64,000 nucleotides of DNA from Octopus vulgaris (lineage: Eukaryota). Below are positions 1 through 12,330 of the stretch, piece by piece (the first letter of the stretch is position 1; each line of letters opens with the position of its first letter). The position numbers and the translations under genes are program-made. The notes under the pieces are model-generated. The model was not told where the DNA came from and did not search any database. It saw only the letters and a list, made by a program, of their open reading frames with translations. The DNA lies in NCBI GenBank assembly GCA_951406725.2, contig OX597820.1:28024001-28088000 (forward strand), given 5' to 3'.

Positions 1-481
1 GATAGAGTAAGCACAATCGTCTCATAAACAGATTTCATATAGTTTAAATAGAATTAGATTCTATATGAAGCGCTTTATATTTTACATTTTATAAACTTAA
101 GATTATCTGTAGTTCAAATTACAGTGAATTAGGGTTTGTAATATGGCTTCAATTCTCTCTTTATTTGAGATTTATTATCAAAATTAGCTCTAGATTATAT
201 TCAAGAAGCCATTTGAAGCCACCTTTTATACTCTTTCACTCTATATTGGTTTCTGTCATCGCCCTCTGGAGATGAGACTCCACTACCTTCAAGCGATGAA
301 TCACCATTATCGACGAAGTATATATCGTAAAACGGTATCTATGTCATATACGCAACATATACACACGACATACACAAAAGCACACACCACAAACATATAG
401 ACTTGACGCATGTATGCATATTCATACATATATATACATATATGTGCGTGCGTGTGTGTATGTATATATATATATATATAT

Positions 482-537
<56 letters not shown>

Positions 538-607
538 ATACATAATAACAGATAACTTTGTTTATCAGAGAATGCTAAGAGGATAAAAAGAAACCTTTTC
601 CATAATG

Positions 608-1604
608 TTATTGAATATAACCACCTTCAGCTTCAACAGCTACTTCTAAATGAGATCTAGATCATCTACATGTTTAAACCAAGTGGTCCTGGTTCATTTT
701 TGACATTACTCTGACTATGGCAGCTTTCAAAGAATCTTAAGTGTTATAGGTGTGTTTATTGACCTCATTTTCAACAACGCTCCGCATCTAATAGTCTAAT
801 GGATTGAGATCTGGGGAATAAGGAGGCCAAATGTTAGGGGTTATGTGATGATGAAAATTTTCAGCCATCCACTTCTGCTTCACTAGAACAATGTGTGATA
901 GGGCAGAGTCATACTCAAACACATAAGACATTCAATTACTTACGCTGTCTATCCAGGGCTTAACAATTATTTCCAGGACTTCTATGTAGGCTGCAGATTT
1001 AACTCTAAGGCTATGTGGAAAGACCTAAGGAGGCATCACATGCCCTCATTTGCTGAAAACCTATAAAACCATGACAGGTGTAGACAATTTTGAATGCATA
1101 ACACTTGGAATTTCAGAAGGGTCTGCACATAACCATTTGTCATTTCTTCTGTTAACGTTTTGAGCTTGGTCGAAGGTTTTCTCGTTTGAGAAAACCCAAA
1201 TCTGCTGGAATGTTATGTTGAAGAGCGTTTTAGACCTGATCTAGTGCTTTCCTTTTGCTTTTTCCCACAAATTGATCTTTCCTCATCATATATCTGATGT
1301 TTTAATGCACACGATTTCTGACAGCTTCTTCTGACACATAGAGATCTTTTCCAATTAACCTCATGGAATTTCTGGGATTGTATTCAATGGTTTGTTGAAC
1401 TTGATGGAAAACTTCAGGTGTTCTGTTATTTAAAGTGCATTTTGAATGCATTTTCTGCTTTGATACTGGTGATACGGTTCCATCTTCCCCCTCTAGCTCC
1501 TTACAAACTTTGTAGAAGAAACAACTGGCAAATTTTAAAAATCGTGATATTTCTAAATTGCTATGCTCAGCCTTTATAACCACAATAACAGCATGCCTCT
1601 TCAT
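608..1604 (-). pseudogene. Decayed Tc1/mariner-superfamily transposase, DD37D (maT/Bmmar1-like) family; element spans about 541-1722 between TA arrays
   Basis: Manual minus-strand translation gives an N-terminal HTH region (ORF 1302-1604, ...NPRNSMRLIGKDLYVSEEAVR), then WVFSNEKTF..NRRNDKW, YDSALSH...IWPPYSPDLNPLDY and the C-terminus AVEAEGGYIQ*. There are 37 residues between the 2nd and 3rd catalytic D positions. In-frame stops are present and the first catalytic D reads as N. Confidence 0.9.
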
Positions 1605-1716
1605 TTCTTGAGTAAGCTAAGGGTCTTCCATTATCATTTTCTGAACAAGCCTTATATAGATTTTGAAAAAATGCAACAATGCCCCCGAAAATGGTATGTC
1701 CTCAAATACCTTACGC

Positions 1717-1770
<54 letters not shown>

Positions 1771-1780
1771 CCCACAAACA

Positions 1781-2162
<382 letters not shown>

Positions 2163-2249
2163 TATATATATATATATATACACTTATGTATGTATGTATA
2201 TGTATATGTATGCATCTATATGACAGAATCAGCACCAACCATTGATTGG

Positions 2250-2293
2250 GAATAACCGAACTTTAGGTTAGTTAACCTATAGTTCGTTTATTC
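2250..2293. repeat. Hairpin, 21-bp arms with 2 mismatches
   Basis: gaataaccgaactttaggtta-gt-taacctatagttcgtttattc. Confidence 0.8.
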
Positions 2294-2547
2294 TCAACCA
2301 CTGCTTGCCGGATATGTTGATATTTTTATTCTGACCAGTCGTCCACTCACGTATCTCAATCATTGACGTTGACTTTTATTTAATTAAAGCTACGGCCTTG
2401 AATACGCGCAGGGTTATCTCTCTTCCGTAGTTCTCAATGAAGAGCTAGAAGCGCGCATCCGGGATTCTAGGAGATAGAAGCACAGGGCACATATGATGAG
2501 CAGATATGGCCAAATAAGGGAGTAGTAAGAACTTCATGTTAACTATC

Positions 2548-2583
<36 letters not shown>

Positions 2584-2588
<5 letters not shown>

Positions 2589-2613
2589 CTTCTACTTTAA
2601 AGTAGAAGGAATA
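2584..2613. repeat. Perfect 30-bp palindrome
   Basis: tattccttctacttt|aaagtagaaggaata. Confidence 0.9.
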
Positions 2614-2624
2614 GCTAAGATGTT

Positions 2625-2786
2625 TGTGACTGCTATTTCTAAACTTCGGTATGTGGTGAAGCAAATCTTTGCTGAACCCTAATTTTAAAGTATTACTTAA
2701 GCTTACCATGAAATGGTCTTTTTCATGCCGAATTCTACTTGGTGAAATTACTGATTATTTCATAATTAATTAATTTTACCCTTTGT

Positions 2787-2790
<4 letters not shown>
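2625..2790 (-). mobile_element. Partial copy of the repeat forming the inverted cassette at 53585-53908
   Basis: Shares tgctatttctaaa-ttcggtatg-gtgaagcaaat-tgctgaaccctaat and aattaattaattttaccct with the 53.6-53.9 kb element. Confidence 0.75.
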
Positions 2791-2828
<38 letters not shown>

Positions 2829-3377
2829 CATATTTACTTTTAATTCCACTAACCTCAAGCTGTTCGGAGAATACCGGACTAACTTTGTGCATCAACTTAA
2901 GTACCTAATTCTGAATCTTAATTATATATATGGATGTATATTTAAGGTTTTAAAAGTCATGTTCAGATTTTGTGTACATTAAGAAAAAGGAGGTAATCAG
3001 AATTTTGGAGAAATCAATATTTCGCACTTTCGTCCATTCACTGAGACGTTTCAGAATAAACTTACAGTAAAGTTCGTTGCTTTATTACACAATGTAAAGA
3101 ATACAACAGAAAGACAAAAGAAGAAGAAAGAGAGAAGAGGAGGAGAAGGGGGAGATAGCGAAAATTGAGGAAATTAAAGAAAGCAAGAACCAAGACAGAG
3201 TGTATCTGGTGATGGTTTATGATATACGGGTGGCTGGTGCTAATTATATTTCATGATGTTAAATTTGTGCTTTTGTGACAGGAAACAGGACAAGAAAAAC
3301 AAGGAAAAGAAAAGACAAACGTAAAAAAGAAATCGAGGAAAGAGAAAGAAAGACAGATTCCTTAATACATGTATATA

Positions 3378-3441
<64 letters not shown>

Positions 3442-3449
3442 TTAAAAAA

Positions 3450-3640
3450 CGAATGAAAACACAAGAAGAAAAAACAACAACGCGAGTACCTGGTACATGC
3501 AAAGTATAAAGAGATGCTCAGGGAAGGAGAGAAAGTTAGTTTTACGTTTCGAGAAAACCTTTTCTTCATAAAGAGGAGTCAAAGGAAAGTCCAAAAGAAA
3601 AGGAAGACGAGGGCATAAATCGCCAAAAATCCACTTGTAC
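3450..3640 (-). mobile_element. Short Penelope-like terminal repeat with a decayed hammerhead motif (3540-3573)
   Basis: Minus strand reads ttt-ATGAAGA-aaaggttttctc-GAAACGTA-aaa. The downstream part resembles the fragment near 51270-51340. Confidence 0.5.
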
Positions 3641-3692
3641 ATTTTGAAATGATTAGCAGGGAATGGGTATATATATATATATACATATATAT

Positions 3693-3737
<45 letters not shown>

Positions 3738-4121
3738 ATTTAAAAATAGGACAGAATCTTTATATGAATTTCTCAACTGGTTAGCGTGAAAATCCTCATA
3801 AGAGAAAAAAATCCACCAATTTTTTCTCTTAATTATATTTATTTATATTATATAGAGGGCATTACTATGCTTAAATGACACACGCTAGGGGGACTCTTAA
3901 AGTAAAAACTACAAAAATAAATAAACGCATCGTACCGAGTGCGAGGAAATGCAACTCTCGAAGCAAGCCACCTAAAAACATAATTTAACTTCAAATCAAG
4001 TGATTTCATAATTAGTGCAGGAATCCACTCTTTAATCATCAGTGCAAGCATAATTCAAGATTTATAACGAATGAACAAAAATTAACATAGCAGATATTGT
4101 AGTACTAAATAAAATATGACA

Positions 4122-4530
4122 TCTATATATATATATAAAACTCAACTTGTGTGTCTGTGTGTGTATCTGTGTGTGTGTCTGTATGTTTAACTTCCCGGCA
4201 CATCTCCTCCTAGCCAACAAATCGTAGAACCACCAAAAATGGGTCACTTAAAGTTTAGGCGAATGAAAATTGAACTGCGCTATTTCTGTTCCGAAATTCA
4301 TCTCGCAAGTGCAAAAATTGATAATGTGTCTGTTTAGGCATTATCCCATGCATTGAATAGTGAACTTTACTCAGTCAGCTGTTTGATGTGAACTGTGTTC
4401 ACCAAGCGTGCAAGCATGCGTAAATTGCATGAAAAGTCAATATATAATTGCATGCAAAGTCAATATATAAAAACGAATCGCCGTAAATATTGTAGAAATT
4501 CGGCAAAGAAATGAATTTTCAGGATGTAGC
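4122..4530 (+). mobile_element. Non-autonomous Helitron-like element, 5' portion
   Basis: Starts a|TCTATATATATATAAAAC followed by a (GT/GTCT)n tract, the same 5' architecture as the copies at 21612, 36078 and 56428(-). Confidence 0.55.
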
Positions 4531-4574
4531 CTGGAGGGTTTTTTCGTATTAATATATATATATATCATCATATA

Positions 4575-4672
<98 letters not shown>

Positions 4673-4679
4673 CATATAT

Positions 4680-4730
<51 letters not shown>

Positions 4731-4732
<2 letters not shown>

Positions 4733-5002
4733 AGACCATGATAGAAGAAGGCTAACTCTTCCTTCCGTAGAAGAAAAAATTCAAATCGGACTATGTTAAC
4801 ACCAAAATTTAGTTACATCAAAAAGATGCCTTTTTTTCTATGAAAATCCCTATTTTTTACGATGTTTTGACTGCTGTGTCGCCATTTTTCGGTGTATTTC
4901 ACTTAAAGAGAATAACAAGCTACATACTGCCAAATTTCTACTTTTCAAAAATTCCAATTCTAAAGGGTCTAAACAAACCGCAACGCCGGGCGATACTGCT
5001 AG
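4731..5002 (+). mobile_element. Non-autonomous Helitron-like element, 3' portion
   Basis: Homologous to 36185-36470. Ends in CAACGCCGGGCGATACTGCTAG|t (subterminal hairpin remnant plus CTAG). Confidence 0.75.
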
Positions 5003-6877
5003 TATACTATAAAACTATAATCTCTGTAACACCAATTTTTAAAACTTTATATACAACAGTTAATTTACAAAAACTTTTATATACACAAGTCTCGTCAGGC
5101 CCTTGGTTCAAAAGATGAAATACTATGTAAAGGATAGCCAAATTGCAAAATATACTGATTATCTATTGACCAGTTTGCATTATTGAACAGTTTGTATTGT
5201 GACGAAAGATTTGTTATTTTAAAGAGTATATTAATGTGGATATCTGAAAATGTTTTAGTGGATATAATATTTCGCATAAAGTACCAATGAAAATATTTGT
5301 TTTGACTGTAAAATAAAGCGTTATATTCGTAGTTAAAATTAAGTAATACATTTCAAGTACGCTATCTTCATTATACTAAATGATTATACATTTATAAATA
5401 TATAAATTTATTTATTTATTAATTAATGATGATAATAAAAAATAAGTGAATGTTTTTATATAATGCCATACTGTGATAAAAAAAATTTATATTGCAAGTA
5501 TGTATTCCCGGTTATTTTCTCTGGCTAACTAATTTATAAATATATAAGCTTTGATTTACTCTGATAAATCGATTTAGTATACAGCTATTGCCTTAATCTA
5601 ATTTCGTTCCTTCTCATAGTCTTAGTAAAAATATAAATTAAAATATGATATACTTTTATTTATAATTTATTTTCTCTCTATCTAAGATATAATAAAGTCT
5701 ATAATTATCGTAACTCTGTTTCTGCTTATTTTTTTACGGAGTTTTCCCTTTCATAAACTGAGTAATTCGGACGTTTTACCTGTTAGTTACCCGGGTATGT
5801 AAGAAAGTTTGTCGATAAGCAATGCCCTTTACCTTTTCACCCTTTTTTGTACTCATTGAAACGTTATTTTGTAAAATGAAGCCTAAAAGACATTAAGTCT
5901 TTCAAAGCACCGTTCCCTTGCATGCATGAAGAAAATCTATGACAGTCAAAGTGCATTTTCTAGTTTTGTTTAGCACACCCAACCCAGTTCTGCGGGATCA
6001 GTGTCACGACGGGAACGCATGGGTTGGGAATTTGACAGGCAGAGGTGATAAGGTTGAACATGCCAGCCCTTTTGACACCCCCCCCCCGAACCCAACTTGG
6101 GTTTGGACCACAGCTAAGCCCTACCTAATCCTATCTTAAGTCTAGCGAAAGGGGGCTCGGGAGCCTCTAGTGGGCAACGACTAATCCCGATCTAGTCCTT
6201 TCCCTCTAGGGTACAAAGGCGCATGTGTAGGTTGCAACGTCTTCTCTTCACTTCAATACTTCTGTGTATAGAACGTTCCTAGCTGAAGCGGGAAAAATCG
6301 ACTAAATTGCCTGAAATCCGCGAACTATTTCACAAAAGTCAGTTTTGTAGGGTTCTCATGGTCGGTCTCAAAGTGATATGGTTTTGTCGATTTCTCCCAA
6401 TACTTGTTAACTGCATTGACAAAAAGTCGTTAGTTTGACATTTAATGCAAACTTGATGTCCAACATCGGTGTAGGGAAAATCTATGTGAACTTTCAAAAA
6501 TTATCGCAAAAAAATCGGTTTGCTATGTGTGCCACATATGATGTAATTAAACGATTTTTTCCAGTAATAACGTATCCTATTGGAATCAAAAGGTCAATAT
6601 AGCTCCTTGGAGGAGACAGGATGCTCGCTGTGAATTTCAAAAAATTCCTGCTAATTTGTTAAAGATATTGTCGAAAATATGTCATCTTGAATTTGAATGC
6701 GATTTCCCAAAATGGCATGATTTTATCGATTTTTTTTGATGGTAAGGTATTTCATGGAAAGCTAACGTCAGAAATAAGTTTCTTAGGGTAACATTAAGCT
6801 TCACCATGAGTTTGGTGAAAATCGATTGGAAGTTGTGAAAACTACAACGGAAAATGTGTTGCATATGATAAGCTTAG

Positions 6878-7078
6878 ATTCTCGACCCCATGTCGAATTT
6901 ATCGATCTTTTCAGAACTGGGGAAACTTTTCAAAATTTTCGCTGCCTTAGTTTTGAATTATGACATTGGGCTATGTGTGTGTCAAATTTCATCAGAATCG
7001 ATTGAAAGCCGTGGTCAGGTTGAGGGTACAACCTGACAGACACACAGACAGACAAACTGCCTTTTATATATATAGAGA
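6878..7078 (-). mobile_element. Helitron-like element 5' part; same family as 21612-21999, may extend further left
   Basis: Reverse complement matches 21612-21820 (accacggctttcaa..gattctgatgaaa..tgacacac..atagcccaatgtcataattcaaaactaa). Confidence 0.8.
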
Positions 7079-7272
7079 TATCAGTAACAATAAATAAACG
7101 TGAATAATTATTATACATTATATTATATCATATATATATACATATTGATTAATCATCCATATTTGAACGTGTATACGTATATATATTTATAGAATTAAAA
7201 ATATTGGATAAACATATTCTATTTCCGTTAGTAAATCTACGTAAAACTTTGATAATTTATTTATTTATTTTG

Positions 7273-7304
<32 letters not shown>

Positions 7305-7339
<35 letters not shown>

Positions 7340-7575
7340 TGAGAATATGTGTCTGTCTGTCTATCTGTGTGAAACCCTAAAACTTGAGAACTACAGAACC
7401 AATTTCATTCAACTTTTACACATGCTTTACTTAGGGTCCATGTAGGGTAATGGGCCAAACATTTTTAACTTCTTGCCTAGGGTGAGCCCACAGCAATATC
7501 ACATCTTCTCCACTATTTCAGTATTACGTGTTAAAAGTGAAACAAAAGCATCTCTCTATTGTATGTAAATGGATG
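7305..7575 (+). mobile_element. Helitron-like 5' fragment
   Basis: TCTATATA..TAAAACTGAGAATATGTGTCTGTCTGTC start, similar to the other copies. Confidence 0.5.
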
Positions 7576-7585
7576 TGTATATATA

Positions 7586-8862
7586 CTAGCTTAAGGTGAC
7601 CCGCTCTACGCGCGGGTAAGAGTGTGGTTGTTATTTTCTGTTGCATCCTTTCGGCACGTAAAAAACACCATCCGAACGTGGCCGCTGCCAGTGCCCCTCC
7701 CCCCGTGGCACCTGTGCTGGTGGCACGAAAAAAGCGCCCACTACAATCACGGAGTGGTTGGCGTTAGGAAGGGCATCCAGCTGTAGAAACACTGCCAGAG
7801 AGACTGGAGCCTTGTGCAGCCTCCTGGCTTCCCAGACCCCGGTCAAACCATCCAACCCGTGCTAGCACGGAAAACGGACATTAAACGATGATGATGATGA
7901 TGATGATGATTCTCCCTTTTTGTTTCTCTCTCCTTTCTCTCTCCCTTTCCCACTCTCTTATTCTTCCTTTCTCTCGGACTCTCGCTGGCTTTCCCTTACT
8001 CTCTATCTTTCTTTATCTATCTCTCTCCCATTTATAAACAACAAAAGATCTTGAGTAACTTGAGATAGAAAGTAGTTTGAAAGATCAATCATAAATATCA
8101 GGCAGTGACAACGGAAAGGTCTGCTTCAAGGCAGAAAGCAAAACACTAACATTTAAAATGGACAGACGAACTTGCGAGCTGAATAAAAATAAAAAAATAT
8201 TGGAAGCCAAAGTTTGAAAGGATAGAATCTGAGGATAGTAAGTCACCATGGCTGGTATTTCTTAACGACGGACAGTAACATAGTGGCAGCTTAACGGCTG
8301 GCGTAAAAATTTGAACTTGATGTGAAAGAAAATTTCTAAACACCAAGCTTTGAAGTGATTCTTTCTCACGACAGTAGACTCACCATGGCAAACATTCAAA
8401 ACTTCTTCATCATGGACGGCAACACATTAACGATTTAAAGGCTGGCGCAAATTTTTTAGCTTCATCTAACAGAGAATTCCTAAACACCTGCTCCTGTAAA
8501 TTTTAATCCCATTCAAGCCCCATTTAGACCTCTTTTCACATTTTGGTTAATATAACCCGATTTCATTCGGGTCTACTCGGGTCACGTTTTATAAGATGAG
8601 GAATTTTGTCCTAGAGGTCACGCCTTTCATTTGAGGAAAAAAATAGTTGCCATGCACACTCGCCAGCACTTTTAACATGGGTGTGCATATTTTCAGCACA
8701 ACCGACCACATAATGCACACAGCCCACTAACATCCACACCTCATTTTACATGTCTCTGTAAATTTTGGAGTCAATCCGACGGGATCTAGTGGCCTTTAAC
8801 CCGTTCTCAATGCCAAACCAGACAAACAAACAAACTTTTCGCATTTCAGTTTTGTATATGTA

Positions 8863-8865
<3 letters not shown>
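7586..8865 (-). mobile_element. Helitron-like element carrying a nested retroposon and diverged ~145-bp internal repeats
   Basis: Minus-strand 3' end ACCCGC-gcgtaga-GCGGGT hairpin then caccttaagCTAG|t. The 5' end reads tatacaaaactgaaatgcg..(gttt)n. Internal repeats near 8267-8344 and 8412-8488. Confidence 0.6.
7640..7910 (+). mobile_element. SINE/LINE-tail retroposon fragment with (ATG)n tail
   Basis: GC-richer block ggttggcgttaggaagggcatccagctgtagaaac...ggacattaaacg(atg)n nested inside the Helitron-like element. Confidence 0.7.
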
Positions 8866-8894
<29 letters not shown>

Positions 8895-9026
8895 CATAGC
8901 CGAAATTACTACGATGATCCGGTTCTTGACTGAAGACTGAGGGTTTCGAATGTCCTGTCCGTGTTTATTGTATCGTCTTCTAAGAGTTATACGTTCTTGT
9001 CCATGTTGTATTTTTCTACATACCTT

Positions 9027-9212
9027 AATATATATATATATATAGATGTATATGTATACATGTATATGTATAGCTGTATATGTATACATGTATAGATGTA
9101 TTTCTATAGATATACATGTATATATATATATATAGATGTATATGTATACATGTATATGTATAGCTGTATATGTATACATATATAGATGTATTTCTATAGA
9201 TATACATGTATA
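9027..9212. repeat. ~90-bp tandem duplication built from TA/TG microsatellite-derived sequence
   Basis: Unit tatagatgtatatgtatacatgtatatgtatagctgtatatgtatac..tatagatgtatttctatagatatacatgt occurs twice. Confidence 0.8.
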
Positions 9213-9356
9213 TGTAAACATGTATTTCTAGATGTATATATAGATGTACATGTAATATGTACACATATATATATACATATATATACATGCATATATATAC
9301 ACCCATACACACACACCGGTCCACCCACCCACCCGCACACACCCACACACATATAC

Positions 9357-9680
9357 ATAGGTGCAGGTGTGGCTGTGTGGTAACAAACTTGGTTCCAAAA
9401 CACATGGTCCTCAGTTCAGTCCCAGTGTGTGGTAACTTGGCATGTGTCTTCTGCTATAGCCTCAGACCAACCAAAGCCTTGTCAGTGGATTTTGTAGAAA
9501 GAAACTGAAAGAAATCAATAGTATGTATATGTATGTATATATGTAAGTCTATGTGTGTGTCTTCGTGTTTCTCATTCATCACTGCTTCACAGCTGGTGTT
9601 CGTTTATTTACATCCCCATAACTTACTGGTTTCACAAGAAGAAACTGATAGAATAAGTACCAGGCTTATCAAAATATAAA
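9357..9680 (+). mobile_element. tRNA-derived SINE family B (bipartite, internal microsatellite)
   Basis: Head gtggctgtgtggtaa...agttcagtccca; body tcttctgctatagcctc...gaaactgaaagaa; 3' part ccccataactta...gatagaataagtacc. Matches 18315, 35401(-) and 57360. Confidence 0.8.
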
Positions 9681-9746
9681 AAAGCACTACGAAGTGTCTC
9701 ATATTTTTGTTTGTGTGTGTGTATACAAATATATATAAGAACTATG

Positions 9747-10156
<410 letters not shown>

Positions 10157-10165
10157 ATATATATG

Positions 10166-10205
<40 letters not shown>

Positions 10206-10209
10206 CATA

Positions 10210-10249
<40 letters not shown>

Positions 10250-10265
10250 TATATACATATATATG

Positions 10266-10311
<46 letters not shown>

Positions 10312-10439
10312 ACATAGTTCTTGAACCGGTACTTCAAGTAACGACTAGGGTAGGGAAGCTGACTGCTTATTGTGATCATTCGTCTTTTGGTTTCCTGTAG
10401 CTTTGCTCTTTTACAAACTCAGTGAACATATATTTCAAA

Positions 10440-10798
10440 CAATAGATATAAGTCCCAAGTTAAAAAGATTTTCAAAAATTCAACTTCTCTGGTTGATATT
10501 TAGATGCTCGCCCCCAACATGGGCCTTAACTCTCACATTTTAGAGCTCCATGACCTTCATTTTTTAGGAGCAAAATCTTTTTAACAGGTTCAATAACACT
10601 TGAATTTTGGAATATGCGCATAAAAATACATGTGGCACGATTACAAATTTTTTAGGGTGTGTAAAGAGGGAAATAACCCTCATCTGCAATTTTGATGAAA
10701 TCCGAAACATAGATATTCCAGTTCATTACAGAAAATATAACAGGAAAGTTTAATTCTTCAATTGAATGTAACCGGGCAACGCCGGGTATCTCTGCTAG
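10440..10798 (+). mobile_element. Helitron-like 3' portion
   Basis: Ends ACCGGGCAACGCCGGGTATCTCTGCTAG|t, the same terminal hairpin plus CTAG as the other copies. Confidence 0.65.
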
Positions 10799-11079
10799 TA
10801 TTATATAAAATATAAATATATAAAAACAATCGAGGATAAATAAAGAAGTTAATGATAAATCATGGTTAAGAGAGAGATGTACCAACGTGTGTACGAGGAG
10901 ACTAACGCTTATTATTAGGGGGAGGAACGAAATAGTTATAAGCATTACTATGTAATTCGTATATAAGTAGACGTTTTATGTGCTAGTTATTATATACGAA
11001 ATAATAAGACTAATTGAGAAATAAGCATAATTATGCATCAGAAATAATACAATGAAACCAATTAATAAAATCCGCCATC

Positions 11080-11153
<74 letters not shown>

Positions 11154-11827
11154 TTATATATATTATATATATATATATATATATCATAGGATACTGTGCA
11201 AAACTCTTAAGGGGAGGGGGAGGGGTAATATGAGATTTACCAAAAGTTCTAAATTATCATTAGCTTTATATGATTTTTGTATTGCAGTATTATAGATAAG
11301 TATGATATTATATAGCATTATTATTATATATACATGCGTTTTCTTCTTTGTCTTTTTCTCCACAATACGCTATCATATTATATTAATCTCTTCTTTTCTT
11401 ACTTTAAGACATAAAAATATACACTACCTTCTGCCCCTATGTTCGATCGATGCCTTCTATAATCGGCTCTTTTTGTATATTTGCTCTCAGTTAACGGGTT
11501 GCAGCTGTTATCTCAACAGTTATTTCTAATTGGTATATCTTTACTACCTCCGAAGAGATTCATCTTATAATGATTTTAATTTTATGAATTAATTCTCTAA
11601 AGATTACTGAATCGACGCAGCTGTTAGACTTCTTGTCATATTTTATAATTAATGAATAATATTTTATTAATTACTTCTCCATTTTCTCCTTAATCTTTAA
11701 ACATATAAATGTATGAACCACAGTTTATTTTATATAGCTACCTTACTGTTGAACTTTCTATGGATTCGTCACTAACCAGTATTTTCATTGGATTTTGTTA
11801 TCTCTTAATGAGGTTTATAGCCTTTAT

Positions 11828-11878
<51 letters not shown>

Positions 11879-11879
11879 C

Positions 11880-12330
11880 TGCTTCCTTGTATACGAGCAA
11901 AGCCATTGCTAGAAAGCCATTTAAATGAGTCAATGTTGAGATAGTGTGAGGCCCTTTTATGATTCTTGAGCCCGGCGAAGGTTTTGCACATTCTATTAAA
12001 TAATGCAATGATGTGCTTGCTGGCAGAAGAAACAGGTGCCATAGTATGAACTCTTTTGACGTACCTTTTCAATCGTCCAACTGAGAGGCACACCTTTCCA
12101 TGCGTTGCACATATTCTGTTGTGAAGAATAGCCATATTACAATTTGCTATGGATCAATTCCCGTGAGCACTCTGATGGCTGAACAGACCCGCACAACTCC
12201 CACAAACGAAACATACAAAAAGCAACAGTCATTCTCCACGGGTTCATTCCACCTAAGCCTTCTCTTAATCTTCTCTGGTTTCGTTCTCTTTCCCCGTACG
12301 TTCAAGTAGTCAAACGTTATAATATACACC
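11880..12330 (-). pseudogene. Decayed 3' end of an RTE-like LINE ORF (C-terminal zinc-finger-like motifs)
   Basis: Minus strand encodes KRTKPEKIKRRLR, then FVCFVCGSCAGLFSHQSAH* and ICATHGKVCLSVGRLKRYVKRVH. These resemble the C-x2-C...GL.SH...H ends of RTE-clade ORF2 proteins. Confidence 0.5.

Noticed and set aside
8895-9025. CCGAAA...CTGAAGA as a possible type-II hammerhead
   Set aside because: I could not form consistent stems I and II; probably a repeat fragment, not counted as a ribozyme.
9027-9260. Regularly spaced repeats as a possible CRISPR array
   Set aside because: Contiguous low-complexity tandem units without unique spacers, eukaryotic context, no cas genes.
11990-12230. Possible host C2H2 zinc-finger gene exon
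   Set aside because: Fingers are degenerate, lack TGEKP linkers and are separated by a stop; better explained as a LINE C-terminus.
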